56,263 nucleotides of DNA, filler included, from Platydemus manokwari (GCA_037951405.1; 5 parts of 5 records of this genome joined end to end with filler, not necessarily neighbours in it); one strand, 5' to 3'. Counted from the whole stretch's first letter, positions 1-14,479 are shown. Numbers and translations are program-made. The notes: generated by a model from the letters alone, not told the origin.

Positions 1-289
1 TATTTATTTATATTATTTATTTTTATTATATATAATGTTAAGAATCTTAATGCGTCAATTGAAATATAATTCAAGTTGATTAGACTTTCTTTGTTTTGAA
101 TTTTGATGAGCACCTTTTTGTAGACAAGTGCCGATTTCTAAATGCGAATAACAATTTTATTAACATCAACCATATAATGATTCAGATTTATTTATATTTA
201 TAATTTGTCTTTTATTTATTTATATTATTTATTTTTATTATATATAATGTTAAGAATCTTAATGCGTCAATTGAAATATAATTCAAGTT
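1..289 (+). repeat. 77-bp local direct duplication (1-77 and 213-289)
   Basis: ...TATAATGTTAAGAATCTTAATGCGTCAATTGAAATATAATTCAAGTT recurs at a 212-bp offset. Confidence 0.9.
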
Positions 290-639
290 ATTATGAAAAT
301 GCTTCGAGTAGAATTCAAACGCAATCAGAATTAGTATTTTTGGTTCAGAGCCAAGTAGCAATGGAAATTTATTATACGGCCTAAGATTGAATTCCGATTG
401 AACTTTAAAATTGATCGATTCAAGGTCAAATTCAATAATAATGAATAGAAAGGACAACACAAGTTATTTATCAATAAATAATAAGATGTGCATTCCATTC
501 ATTCGATAAGTAAAATTTCCTAACATGTTATACTTATACAAGATATTTATTAATTTCGATAACATGATCGACATATCAAAGAAATAATTCAACTATCAAC
601 CACTAAAAATCGAAGCTTCAAACAATTTTTTCATCAAAC

Positions 640-990
640 TACTTTATTTTGTTGTACTGACAGTCAGAGGCACACAGGGCTATAGCATTCGAACATAAAT
701 TATAATTCTTAATCAATATTTGAATTTATATTGTTCCATTCATCTCTACTTAAACACTGGTTCATTATAATTATTTACTGAAATATAATACAAGAAATAT
801 AATTTTCCATTATTGATACAAGTCTATGTTTGCCCGATAAATAATATTTACTCGGAGATCACAGCAACAAATGGAATTTGAACTCATTTCAAATCGCTTT
901 CCGTATAGCTGAATTTGTTTTAATTAATCGGAACAAATGATAAATAAAACAATTTGCCATATTAGCAACACGGATGAAAATTTTTTTGTA
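640..990 (-). pseudogene. Decayed paralog of the 37310-36840 exon
   Basis: Collinear motifs: FIRVANMANC vs FIGLINEGNC, KRFEM vs HRFRM, QCLSR vs ICLNK, ECYSPVCL vs PCEFQAVCI; interrupted by stops and frameshifts. Confidence 0.4.
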
Positions 991-3829
991 TAATAATCGA
1001 CTGCGATGTTACATTTAAGTGACATTTTCAATAAAATGGTAAAAATATATATATATTAATTGATGTTTATATTTCTATTAATCTCGAAATATCATTGATA
1101 AATATGATCGGGTTTTCGAAGATATTTTTTACAAACCAATCAACCTTATCAATCAACTCACACACTGTCAATTGTATAGATTTTTGTTGTTAATTATTAT
1201 TATGATTTTATTTATCGCTTATTATTGGTCAATAGAAAAATTAAATTGTAACGATTTATTCCATTTTAATAAGTCGAAATTCGAGTACACTAAATAGCTA
1301 CATATGTAGGTTACTGTATTATTTTTTTTATCAAATAAATAAATAAATAAATAAATAATTACTAAAAAAATTATCCACATCTTTTTGGTCCAAGCATTTT
1401 AAATTTTTTGTTTGATTATTTTAAAATGTGTTGTACAACGGTAAATCAAGTGGCACGAAGTCTAAATGTTGTATTGAATGAAGTAGTAATTTGTTGAACA
1501 AATATTTATGCAACAAATTTCTAACATGTCGACACCAACGTAGTTACACAGGTTTACCTAATTTCTAAGATCGATAGAGGTTAGCCGACACAATTTAGTT
1601 TTGATTTAAACTATAATTATTAGTATAAATATCTAAAGGTCATGTATAAAAGTTGAATTTTTACTATTTCTCAGTTAGAATAGATTGTCCGATAAATTTT
1701 AATTAGATTTTGTCGTCAGATTAAGTTATTTGAAATTAAAAGCTGTAGAATTACAATTTTATTTTTTGAAACTTGTTTCGATTTCTATCGTATTTGAAAT
1801 AATAAAAATTTCTTTACAGATAAATTTAATAACAAATTTTGTCATTTATTAGTTTATTATTGTTTAATGTAATGTTTTTCAAAAGAGCGGTGGCGAGAAA
1901 TTTCATTTTCGATACTGATTTATATTAAGACAAAATATCGATCGAATTTTAAAGATGTGGAATTAGTACTGAGACAAGCCATCACTGAATAGAGCCAATA
2001 TTTGATGTTTTCTGACAGAATATGCAAAATCGTTGTTATTATTAAATATATTTGAATTTTTTCGTGTTAAAAAAATTTACTTGATTATTTTTATTTTAGT
2101 CCCGAAAAATTTGGATTCCTAAAGTGTGTGACAACACAAAAAGTGTGAAGACCACTGGTTTCATATATTCGTAATTTTACATTGTTTCGAAAAGTTTAGC
2201 CATTTCTTTCAGTATTTTGTTGACAGAAAGATGATAGTCGATAAGGTCTATTCGAGACATTGAATTTGATAAGAAATTTAGAAAAGCATTAATAGAAATT
2301 ATGTCATATGATTCGAGCATGTTAGCTACAATTATTTCATAAAATATGAATCGAAAACGCATTGAAAAATCACTATATATAGAAATATATTTAAATACTA
2401 TGTTTAAACAAATTATCGTTTTTTAATGTATTTATTAATATTCATATTTTACTAAATAAAATGATTGAATAATTAAATAAAAACTTTAAAACCATCACAG
2501 GGCATATTGAGACAAAATAATATTGTAACGATTCAAAAGCTCTTTGGAAAATTTGACGGTTGAGTTTCATAACTTTTTCTAACAACTAGATTGAAGAAAA
2601 ATTGACTTGGATCACAAAATTATATTTTAGAAATCTTTCAGAAATTAAGAATTTGATAAAGCATAAAATGATGAAGTAAATTTAATTAAACAAGTGATTC
2701 TCTATGTTCTTCTCTGGTCTTTTTGAATCATTTGATAATATGTGATGATAAATAATAATCAATAATATAACAATACTGTGCTCAATAGAGTTAAATGCAT
2801 GGATACTATTAATGAACCAATTATTTCAAAACTCACCACATATATGGTGTGATCAACAAGGGCCATGAACGTATGTTATCTGGGTAGATCGTCCCTGGAA
2901 TAATATTATCTGGTGAAGTAAATATCTGCCTTACATAATTGAAAAGATGTCATTTTTTCAATATGACAGTGCTCAGACAAATATCACACTTAAAGCTGTA
3001 CGATTTGGGATATAAAAGTCTCTGCACATTTATGGCAATTTTCAGAAATTATAAAATCGGATTTTAACTGTTTTTGGCCATACAAAAAATAAGAAAAAAT
3101 TCAAACAAAGTGTCTGCATTTTTTTGAGTCAAAATGCATGAATTTTTTGAATCTGGAGTCGATAAACTGCTGGCTAGACGGGAAAAATTACCAACGAAAT
3201 GGCTAATATATCATTTACTGAATAAGTTTCTTTAATCAGAAAAACAATCCATTCTGTTATTTTCGGTTCGACATAGCTTAATTTTATATTTATAGAACAT
3301 CTATAACGTGATTATCCCGATACACGGATTTCTTATTGAATCCGCTGCGTTATTCAAATCGTATTTTGAATATTTAAGCCACAGCAGCTTTAGATTTCTG
3401 TTTTAATATAATACTTGACGTATCACAAGTAATTTTATTCCGTAAGTATTGGTTTATTAAATCACATCATCAGTTGTTATGAATATAGTGAAAGATAGGC
3501 TAAAATTGTAGAGAGCTCACGTTTTTAGTGAAGTATTGTTAAGTATGTCTTTCATACAAAGATTTTCACACACGTTGGTAAATATGTCGTAAAATACACT
3601 CATTTTTAATCCAACTATGGAAATGCCGAAAGATAATTACTATCATAAAAGAAAAGTTAATCAAAACACGATCATTGGTTTCAAAAATCTCACTAAGTGT
3701 ATGTTAGGATAAAGCAATAATACGTTTTAAAAATAATTATTTCGCAGTTATCTCTCAGTGATAGGAATAAATAAGGAATTTACAACACATATATGTGTTA
3801 TTCTATATCAATAAAAGATCAATTGAAAC

Positions 3830-4054
3830 CTGTTCTGACATAATCAGCTTTATAAGAACAATCGAAAATGGCCTCTCTGTCCTGGAAAAAGGGATAACCT
3901 GCTGATTTTATTAATCCACCGGAGTAATCGTCAACAATGACACAAGATTCTCCATCATCAAAATAACCAGAATCACAGAAACAATCAACTCGTTCATTTT
4001 CGGTTCTGCAAGCACCGTCTGAACCGCAAGCTGTGCTTTGACAAACCTTACTAT
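3830..4054 (-). pseudogene. EGF-domain exon followed by a CUB-like start, within a decayed mosaic gene (about 2700-4450)
   Basis: Open exon between a TTCAG acceptor and a GT donor, both phase 1: DSKVCQSTACGSDGACRTENERVDCFCDSGYFDDGESC (6-Cys EGF with CxCxxGY) then GGLIKSAGYPFF..DCSY. A degenerate second copy, CRTENNRMDCFSD, lies at about 3235-3273. Confidence 0.7.
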
Positions 4055-7000
4055 CTGAATTAATATATGTTTGATAGGCATATTTTTATTATCCATAATT
4101 AATGATCACGGAGACAACATTTATCACGACAAACTATTTATTATTTTCATGCCAATACAAACAAAAAATTGTAGAACAATAAAGGGTTGTCATATTAAGA
4201 AATATGTTATGTACTGTCCTTTCAGACCTAACAAATGATACGGAAGTCAGAAACTTGATTCTGTAAATTAATAAGAGAAAGATGAATGAAATTCTGATAG
4301 AATCTGTAACACATAACTCAAAAGATTGGTGAAATAGTTTACTAGTTTCGCATTCATTGTCCAGGATCCACTGATAAAGATTCTTCATAGAAGTAGGAGG
4401 CAAATAATTGAAATCATTTGAATTTGATTTATTAGAAATTAGAAAATTTCAGTACGGTTTTCTCAATTTAGAAATCAGAAATGAAATTTTATGAACAGTA
4501 GGAAGTGCAAGAAATTTAAAATTGACAATGCAGATATATTTTAAAATTTTATTTATAACCACAATGTTGATATGGAATGCAAATATAGTAAGATTGATTG
4601 CTGAAAACCTAAAAGTAAGTTAAATACCACCAATTCTATCAATGAATCAATTGATGTAGATGCAATTGGCATACTCTCACCTCATCAACAAAGATCATTC
4701 TATAGGTAAGGCATATCCTGACATAGAAAAATACTTAAAAACAACTGAAACGCTGACAGCTAGAATCAATAAAACAAAACAATGAAAAACATTCACTGAT
4801 ACAGAGCAGATTTGCATATAAGATGCAAACATTACAACTTATTCCAAAGCCTTACCCAATTTCGAATCATTGTCGACCAAAATTTCAATCGACTTACAAA
4901 TTGTCTTCTTACTATGACTTCTATACAAATCAAAAATACATTCCTTATCAACTGGATCATCGAATGGTTTTGCAAAACAATTATCTTCATCTGAAAATAT
5001 AAAAAACAAGATCAAAATATTTGTTTACAACATGTATATCGAAGCTCAAAGTTAAAATAAAATAAATAAAAAATAAGAGCACACACTGAATTATTAAGTT
5101 AAATATCGCATATTGTTCATGTGTGGCATTTTCTTAAATCAATTTTTTTCTTACCGTTATGGTGATTAAAATATCAGCATTATTTACTTACTATATTTCG
5201 AAAATTTATGTTAGTTATATCATATCAAGGATAAGCGATATATGGTTGTATAGAAAAATGGTATTTAAAGAGAGCCTAAATTCTGCAAAATTACATTACA
5301 ACAAAAAACAATTACATAAGAAATTATCACCATGTTTAGAGTAATTTTCTTTGCAACTGGTGTAGTTGAGAACTTGTAAAAGTAAAGTAGTGTATTGTAT
5401 TTTCGATATTTTTAGTGTATGTCTAACGACAGTGTCCGTATTAGTTAGATAGCTAGAAGGAGCTTCTGACATGGTAGCTCGAGATCATGAATCACTGTTC
5501 AGTCTTCGTATTAACATTATTATTAACATTTATTGAATACATGAACTTACCCATATTGAGCTAATATATTTAAAAACAGAAGACTTTGTTTTTACTCTCA
5601 ATGCGAACCTGAAAGGTTGACATGAGTCAGATATATTAGTAAATCTCGTTGAGCTTTTTGTAGATTCAAATGTAAAAATTAAATTACACCACCAAACTTA
5701 ACAGATATAACAATACAAATTAACATTCTATTATAATAAGATAAAGCGTTACTAATAATTCAAAATATTTGATATATTTCTCTTCTCTCTTATTGGTCAA
5801 TAAATGTTATAATATAATTATCAGCCAATCATAATCAGAAAACTGAAAGCTAGTGCTTCACATATAATTTTAAACTGTGGATAGCCGATATAATATTTAT
5901 GCTAATTTATGATACGAATTGTCAATCCTAGTATTGAACTTATTTATAAAAATTATAGCTTCATTTATAAATATAAATTTAACAAGAATAATTTGAAAAT
6001 CTTAATGGGTGCGAATTTATATTTATTTAAATTTTCATTACTGTATTTTCAGATTTTTAGGATTTATTAAGGCTGGAATATTGAAAAAATAGATGATAAC
6101 GATATTATCTCTTAAGTGGTCATGAGTGTAGCAATATATGCATTGAATAATGACCAATACAGATGCATTCACATCAAATTAAATTCAAATTTCCTTTCAT
6201 TTTTAAACAAAAACCTGACTAAGATGAATTCATTGAAATAATTGTTTTGCGTGTCAAAGAAATTAACGTTTTCTAAACTTGTTAGATATTTTCAACATCA
6301 AAAATGAAAATTAAATTGAAAATGAAACCGATGGGTTTAGTGTTGATTGATAAAATAGCAAATCTAATGATATTTACATTGGATTGACATCTAATTTATT
6401 GATCCATAGCTGAATTTAGATTGGAGAGTTCTGACTTAAATAATAAAACGAATCGTTTCCTCATAAAATTATCTAAAAATAATTCAAAACGATATAATAT
6501 CGATCATAGCTGCTTTAATTTCAAAGTTCGAAATTTTCTTTTACTGCATTTCTTTTCTTTTTTTTTTTTGAAAAAAAGCAAAATATGTATTCTTTCTAAA
6601 ACGTTGACGGTTCAATTGGTTTATGTATTTTGATATAATTATAAATCGACATTTTTACTCATTGATATTTTCAAGCATCAGTTTTGGTCAGTGAGAATGT
6701 CTGATACGAAAAGCAAAAATAACAGACTCGTTTCATCATTAGAAATTTCATCACGATATCTTTCAATTAATCAACTTTGTTTTTCGTCTGAATAACGGGG
6801 AGAAAAAAGTTATGTCATAAAATACACTGGATAAAACAAATGTAAAGTCATTTGTTGAGAAATAATAGAAAGACAGTTTTGTATTTTTCTCTTTGCATGT
6901 ATATCATCTGTTTTCGAGGTATCTCCATTGAATTCCCAATATATTAGTTTCATTGTTCAAAGCAGATGATTAATTGGGAACAATCATAATCACAAAAGAA

Positions 7001-9252
7001 TGATTGCTTAAATTCATCAAATTACTGAAAATTAACTTGAATGTTGTTTGTTGTACAACGATAATGATATCATAAACAGAATTCGTTTGTTCAGAAATTT
7101 TATAATAAATTAATTATTATTTTTTGAAGTGTTTCTCTAGTTCTGTAGTGAGATGTATGTAAATTCCCAGGATATTGTTCTTTATTGTGAAACTGTAGCT
7201 GTTCTACTCCATTGTTATGATATAATTAAGCGACTAATTTTCTGTAATTAATGATTGGTACGGTCGATTGGTTGATCGATTAGGAGATCATTTTCACCGA
7301 TATTTCTTTGGTTTTATCGTTAATGGTAGCAGAATAATGCTTTCAATGGAATTACCGTTACTATGAGCAATTTTGGTTATTTTAGAAATGCTATGGTTTG
7401 ATTTTTAATGTAAAAATGGGTTAACTCTGATATTTTTTAAATGTTGGGATTTATTAACAGCGTGAATTTACTAAATTTTAATCTAACTTCTTTAATTTTA
7501 AATATCTATAATATAATTTATAATTAACTTAGCAGAATAAATCTAGATCAAAAAATTTTCTAAAAATTAAAATAATTAACTCGCTTCTTTTCTTCTGTTT
7601 CATCCCGAACTAAACACGAACAATAAAATCATTCCAACCAACTCATATTCTATATAATCATTCAATAAAACTTTCCTTAGCACTTATCAACAAAATACAC
7701 CACCCCGACTTCAACATATATTCTTACTTTCATCTAAGGAAAACTTTCTGCCACCGTAAGCTCTTAGACAAAAATGGGCAGATATAGGATCACCAAAATC
7801 ACAGACTCTCACACCTTCTAATATTCAATATTTACTTTGATAGCTCTACAACATCTAACATATCAATCCAATATGCCAAACGCTATTCTGACGTTACATC
7901 TAATTGTACCACCACTAATCAACACCTGAATGAAATCACATTTTTCCAATCCTTCAATCTAAACATTAACAATTGTCTATCAAGTTTATTTAACAAATCA
8001 CGTTGAGTTGAAAATTCTATGGATTAAAACATATTCATTTATTCAAAAGAAAACTGTCTTATTTATTTCATTTAAGGGATTCACTACCGGCCGTGGAGCG
8101 AAACCATTTTGTTGATATAATATATTTACTTGTTAAAAGATCATATTGATAACAAAGTAATAATAATAATTAAAATGATAATAATCAAATAAAACGAACT
8201 GCGATCGATGTCCAGATTTCTGCAATAATTGTGTGAATATTGAGATTTGAGGGAAATTTTTGTATTGAAGTCTTCTAAACGAAAATGACAAAAATAATAT
8301 TGTGAGATAATATTACATATTTATTATAGGAAACTTTAAATGACTTTTTACCTTCATTCAATCCATTGGTATTGATATAATAATCGGATTTCGACATGAA
8401 TTTACAATTCCAGTTAAATAAATAGAAATTCGGATGACAATTCATTTTAATAATAGCTGTAAAAATCAAAATCAAATCAACAAAATATCAATCCATAATT
8501 AATATCTACATTCATATGAAGCTGCTTTACTGATTCTCGAATAACCACAATGTTTGGTAAAACAATTCAATGAATCCCGTAAATTCATGCAGGTCTCATT
8601 TGAAAGGCAATTATGAATATTATGAAAACATTCATTAATATCTGAAAAGAAATTGATTTATCACCATTAAAATATGAGCTGGCCTCATAATTCATTGGAC
8701 CACCGGTGAAATCCCACGAATTGAGGATAATTTTACGTAATTTAAATATTCAAATATCATATTTTCTATCATTCATTTGCCCCTACAATTTTGATCTCCA
8801 ACATTTAATGTCATTTCTACAACATGTTTTTTTTTATCCAAGCCGCATCATTATTTCCATTGCATTGTAATTAAATTGAGATTAAAATTATGGGAAATTA
8901 AATAAACCATTGATTTATTTATTTTATCGATTACGATATCTTGTTTTACCAATTATTAAAATTATTATTATTATTATTATACCAGATTACTGATTTATTT
9001 CAATAAATAATTATTTTGCTTAAGACATCGTTGAGAATTACTTTAAAAAGATAATTTATTTATTAATTCATATTTATCACGAAATTCAGTTAAAATAATA
9101 GAAATATAAATTATAATTACGCATGGAATGAACATTATATATAAAAAATACGTTTTCAGGGTATTAATTAGTGTGTGTGTGTTCTACTAGTTAATAATAA
9201 ATTCGAATATATTTAATTTGAGATTATTAATTTTAACATTTATAATAAAGGT

Positions 9253-9352
9253 NNNNNNNNNNNNNNNNNNNNNNNNNNNNNNNNNNNNNNNNNNNNTTAA
9301 TTAATTAANNNNNNNNNNNNNNNNNNNNNNNNNNNNNNNNNNNNNNNNNNNN
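9253..9352. other. Artificial contig linker (44 N + TTAATTAATTAA + 44 N)
   Basis: The identical 100-bp spacer occurs four times; its core carries stop codons in all six frames. Confidence 0.97.
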
Positions 9353-9469
9353 AAGGAAAGCTTACTATGAATAGAAAGTACAATAAACGCGCTTTAAAAT
9401 GACATATAATACATCAATAATTGCTAATGGTTTTAGTTAAATATTAACAGTTTAAATATGCAATGCAAA

Positions 9470-11105
9470 AACGGCCATTATTTTCCCAACAACCTAATAA
9501 AATAGGAAATTTTCAAATATTTTCAACTATTGATTTAAATAAATAGTATTGGCAATTCGCGATTAAAGAAGATGATAAATGTAAAACAGCGTTTGTAGAT
9601 GATGACGGATTATTTGAATTCAGTGTTTTGCCATTTGGTTTAACGGGAGCACCAGCAATTTTTCAGAGAGCCATGGACTTAATACTAATGGATATTGCAC
9701 ATGCAATGGTGTATATTGACGATATTATCATTTTTTCTAAAGACTTTGAAGAACATATATGTGATATAGAAAAGGTATTTAAAAGGTTGAAATCCGCAAA
9801 TTTGAAAATCAGAACTTCAAAATGTGAATGGGCAAAATCGGAAGTTACTTACATCGGTCATATTATTTCTAGAAAAGGATAGGTAAAATATTGAAATTTC
9901 CGGTCCCAACCATTATTGATGAAGTGAGATCTTTTCTTGGACTTGCCAGTTACTATCGAAAATTCATACAAAACTTCTCACACATTGCACATTCGATCAA
10001 TACACTGCTAAAGAAAAATGCATTATTTCAATGGCAGAAACTACTTCAGGAAGCTTTTGAGTTGTTAAAACAAAAATTAACCACCGATCCAATACTGCGG
10101 CATCCCGACATGAAAAACCCTTCATTATAATGACGGACGCAAGCGGATTTGCTATCGGTGCTATATTAAGCCAACAGGATGACGGAGAAAAGGATCATCT
10201 TATCGCATATGCCAGCAGAGCTTTAAATTATTCAACTATAGAAAAAGAAGCGTTAGCAATTATCTTCGCAGTAACTCATTTTCGACAATATTTATTAGGA
10301 CACAAAATTATATTGTATACGAATCATAATCCTTTAAAATGGCTCATGAATCATAGGGACATTGCCACTAGATTAATTAGGTTGGACATGACGCTTCAAC
10401 AATACGACATTGAAATTAGGTATAGATCGAGAAAATCAAATGCAAATGCGGATACCTTGTCGAGAATTAAAGAAGACGAAATCGAAGAAGGAACTAATGA
10501 TAAGCAAACTTTTTTTTACCTTACTAAAAGTGGTGAAAAATGTTTTATGTATAATAACTTTTTATGAGGATCAGGAAAACGACACTGAAATTAAACGATC
10601 CCAAACAACTTACACAACCAGGATATTTTATACAGCAAAACTTATTGAAATATTATAATGGCAACAACATATTATTAGTGGTGCCGGAAAAACATAGACA
10701 TATTCTTTTAATGCATTATCACGATTGCGCGTTAGGAGGACATCTACCTTCAAGGAAAACACTATCGAGTTTGAGATCAAAATATTATTGGGCTAAAATG
10801 GAACAAGATGTTAAATATTTGTGCAATCCTGTAAAATACGTATAACTAGACGAAACACCGGAGGACCGATCAAAGCACCATTGATACCCATGACAATACC
10901 TTTAGCTCCTATGGAGATGACAGCCATGGATATAGTTGGACCATTCCCAGAAACCGTAAATGGTAACAAATATATTATAGTATTTTGTGATTATCTAACA
11001 AAATGGCCAAATGCCTTCGCAATTAAAAATCAAAAAGCGGAAACAGTCGCATATACCTTTGTGGAGGATATAGTCTTTCGGTTAGGAACTCCTAAGAAAT
11101 TGTTA
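9470..11105 (+). mobile_element. Ty3/Gypsy LTR retrotransposon family A, decayed pol (RT-RNaseH-integrase)
   Basis: Frameshifted fragments in Gypsy order. RT: FSTIDL..YWQ, KTAF, LPFGLTGAPAIFQRAM, VYIDDIIIFS. RT connection: VRSFLGLASYYRKFI. RNase H: TDASGFAIGAIL, NYSTIEKEALA, NADTLSR. Integrase: HHCC region YHDCALGGH..YYWAKM and core AMDIVGPFP..DYLTKW, truncated at LGTPKKLL. Confidence 0.95.
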
Positions 11106-12566
11106 AGAAAATTAATAGTGGAAATTCAAGACAGTGAGGGGAAACAAGTGCAACAGAAAATTGAGTTAGATATGTCTACATCAGTCCAACCTATTATAAT
11201 ATTGATAATATTGGATTGGCCGGAGAAGTTGGAGAAGATTAAAGTTAAAGTACGGATGAGGTTTAAGGGCAAAAGAATGACAGAATTGAAATGTATAGGA
11301 GAATACATAAAGACCGACAAAGAAGATTCATGTTTAGCTATTGATATAGTAAGGAAGGCTAAGAAGGGGATAGTAGTGAGGATGAGCAGCTAGGTAGAAA
11401 ACAGGAATAAGAGGAACAAAAATTAGGAAAACCGAAAGAAAAACCAAAAATGAGTCAGACTTCAATTGACAGTAATAGAAATGAACAAAATAAAGATGAG
11501 TTGGAGTCAGACTTGTTGTCCCAGAACTGAGGTTAAACATTACCAAAGTCATGAAAATCATACCGAGGAAGTAAAAATAAGAGAATCTATTGATTCCGAT
11601 GAGGCCAGAAAGGAGGTGATTAAATTAATTAGACAAAAAATCCTCCTCGGAGTCGATCTTAAAAATAAATTTGAAGCACTATCGTTATTTCTAGCAGAAA
11701 TTGTTGGAATTAGAGACATTAAGGGAGCAATAACAGTAAAAGAGGAAATGAAAAAGAAATAATTATAATCCGAACAAAAAAATACAGGAAATTTAATTAG
11801 CAATTTTTAAGAAAAAATGCCTCAGTGTGGAAAACCCGATGATGAAATTAATGCAATAATCGATATTTATGAAAGATAAAGAAGAACAAGTTAGCAAGAT
11901 AAAGAAAATTATAGTGAGGAAACCAGATCGAGAAAGTACATCAAGAAGAAAGAGAGATAATTAATAAAGCCGCCAACTTATCTGAATGGGTAGACAAGGA
12001 GAAATTAACAGAAAACACCGTGATCAGAACACGAAATCAGTAATGTAAGCTAAAATAAACCGAAGAATAAATGTATGAGAGAAAAAGAACGAAATTATAG
12101 AAAGAAAATTTTAAAGAATATAAATAATTAAATTAAAGGATAATGATCGAGGGAAAAAGTATTTGTTAATCATTCATAACAATGATGTTCAACCACAACA
12201 AGAAGAAATGATAACTACCAATTATGAGTACAAAGTCATGGAGTGTGAAGAATAAGAATTAACTTTGGATAATGAACAAAACCTATCGTTAGAATCAAGT
12301 AAAAATGGAGCGAGTAAAAAATCAACAAAAATTCAAACAATTGTGGCAAGATACGGATGAATTTACTCGGCAAGATACAGAAAGAGGAATTGTGTATAAT
12401 TCTACACAAAATCCGTTAGCCAAGGAATTCGTGTCTGGTTAAGTGGCAATGAGTCAGTAAAAAGAGACATAAAGACATCAGGAAAAGAAAAACATCAGAG
12501 AATTTTGAAGAATCGTGCACTAAAAGACCAAAGCATGAGAACATGCTTATCTTGCCCCCCCAGTAA
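11106..12566 (+). pseudogene. Decayed purine-rich ORF of unknown function following the truncated integrase; probably an accessory 3' ORF of the retroelement
   Basis: ORFs 10821-11393 and 11466-11762 are in the same frame, separated only by scattered stops. The K/E-rich, A/G-skewed sequence continues to about 12560 and ends at CTTGCCCCCCCAGTAA-TGT. Confidence 0.45.
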
Positions 12567-12825
12567 TGTTGGAGAACTGGAAAAGTATCCAAAAATTTTG
12601 TAACATTCAAAACTTAACAATTGTATTGATGCATAGTGTATCAAAATGTATCAGTGCATATTTAGCAACAATTGTAATAATCTTGTCTTAAGCATAAATT
12701 AAGGTTTTATAAACCATTTTTGAATTGTCGCAATTATTTTATCAGGTAAAATGTATCAATATGTTTTTGTAACAATTCGATAATTTTGTGATAAAAATTG
12801 ATGAAAATTAATTTTTACAATTGCC

Positions 12826-13053
12826 GTGTTTCGGGCTTGGGGTATTTTTTTGTTTTGATCACTCTCAAATTTATTATTATTGAATTTTGTGGATCACCGT
12901 TGTCTTGATCAGTCTCAAATGAGTTCTAATCAATCTCAAGGTACAGCCTATAAAACATTATTGTTGTAATTATTTTCACCCCGCAGTCAAAACTATATGA
13001 TGATAGAATTGATTGGCAACAATGATCTAAAGGGTTTTCTAATTTTATCAGTC
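12826..13053 (+). repeat. About 230-bp repeat with iterated ATCAGTCTCAA-like motifs (left arm of an inverted pair)
   Basis: Aligns by eye to the reverse complement of 18829-19048. Shared blocks: GTGTTTCGGGCTTG, TGTGGATCACCGT, ATCAGTCTCAA, GAGTTCTAATCAA, CAAGGTACA.CCTATAAAAC, AAAACTATAT, CAACAATGATC, TAATTTTATCAGTCT. Confidence 0.85.
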
Positions 13054-13190
13054 TCAATATTTTAAACCTATTTATTATACAATCCTCTATCAACAACTTA
13101 ACTCCTGCAACACTAAATGTTTATTAAATATTTAACAACAAATTACAGGTCAATACTACACTATTCAACTAATATAACAACTAATAAAAA

Positions 13191-13217
13191 TGGGTTAAAT
13201 GGGTTAAATGGGTTAAA
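13191..13217 (+). repeat. (TGGGTTAAA)x3 short tandem repeat
   Basis: Read directly. Confidence 0.9.
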
Positions 13218-14479
13218 GGCTAGCTTACGATTCAAGACCAAAAGCGGTTAATACGACCTTCTCTCGGAGCAAAACCAATGCTACTTTCAAAATTGTGCCT
13301 TATGAGCACAGCTCTATAGTCGAATAATAAACGATAAGTACTATAAATATTAATCAGTTTGTTATATAACAATCGAACTTACTATTTGGTAATGGCAAAT
13401 GGCATATACTGTTGACAAGCAATCGAATATTAATGTTCTTCATAAAATTGATAAACGCACTACGAGCTAGTGGTTTCAGTAATTTAATGGTCAGGTTCTA
13501 ATGTTCTGAACATCTATTTGTATGAAATTTATTCTATACGCTTAAATGATTTATTTCGATACATAAATATATTATTTCCCGTGGATTTCCCTTTAATGTA
13601 AAATATTTAACTTTAACTATGGAATTTTATTAGCAAAAATATTTTTATATTATTTCATTTTCCTTTTATGCCAGAATCAATTATAAATTTGAATTTAAAT
13701 ATAAATTATCAATATTATTATGAACATTATAATTATCAATAAATTTTTTTAATTAACCGTTCTTTGGTCTTTTGAACAGGAATAATTTATTACACCATAA
13801 ATGATGAAACGGTACAATTTTAATTGCAACAGAACATAAAATGTAATTATCAGAAATTTGAACAGTGTTCCTAAAAATACATTGTTACATTAATAAAACG
13901 CTACATTTTGTTCCGCTGCCTTGACCAAAAAGGATACACATAAAAATATAAAGTTTTCATTCATATTAATTACTACTTTTTAATAAACAGATAATTACAA
14001 TTTTGTTTATGTATTACTACAGGGTATTACAATCAATAAAAATACAAAATTATGTCAATTGTTTGATAATTATCATATAATTGTTAATTTTCAGCTGCTG
14101 GCACAGATCCCAAACACAAAGATAATAATAATTTGATTAATAATTATTGAAGGCGGTTAATAGAAATGTGCACATATTTATATTTATATAAAATAAATAT
14201 TGACAATGGAAATAGAAATTGAATTTAATTAAAGGATTATCCTAAATAACTTTCCTACAAGGATATAGGTAATAGATAGAAATTTTTAGATATTAAAATG
14301 AGAATTATGTAGGAATAAATAGAAATGTAAGAATTTTAAACCTTTAAGCGTTACGATTAAAACTCGTTCATAAAAAAACTATATCTTGAAGTTCAAAACA
14401 ACAGAACATGCCCTTCTATTAAGAAACCACTAAATCTGTGTTGCATTTAAAAAAGATGGAAATATCAAATGGAAATATC

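Noticed and set aside
6560-6935. Possible piggyBac transposase C-terminal remnant (NRKTVLYFSLCMYIICF)
   Set aside because: Too degenerate; no catalytic motifs or TTAA-bounded TIRs could be identified.
8580-8710. Possible Tc1/mariner MITE end (GGTCTCATTTGAAAGG; CACCGGTGGTCCAATGAATT on the minus strand)
   Set aside because: No partner TIR or TSD was found in the window.
13191-13217. Telomere-like TGGGTTAAA repeats
   Set aside because: Only three copies, internal, and not the TTAGGG unit.
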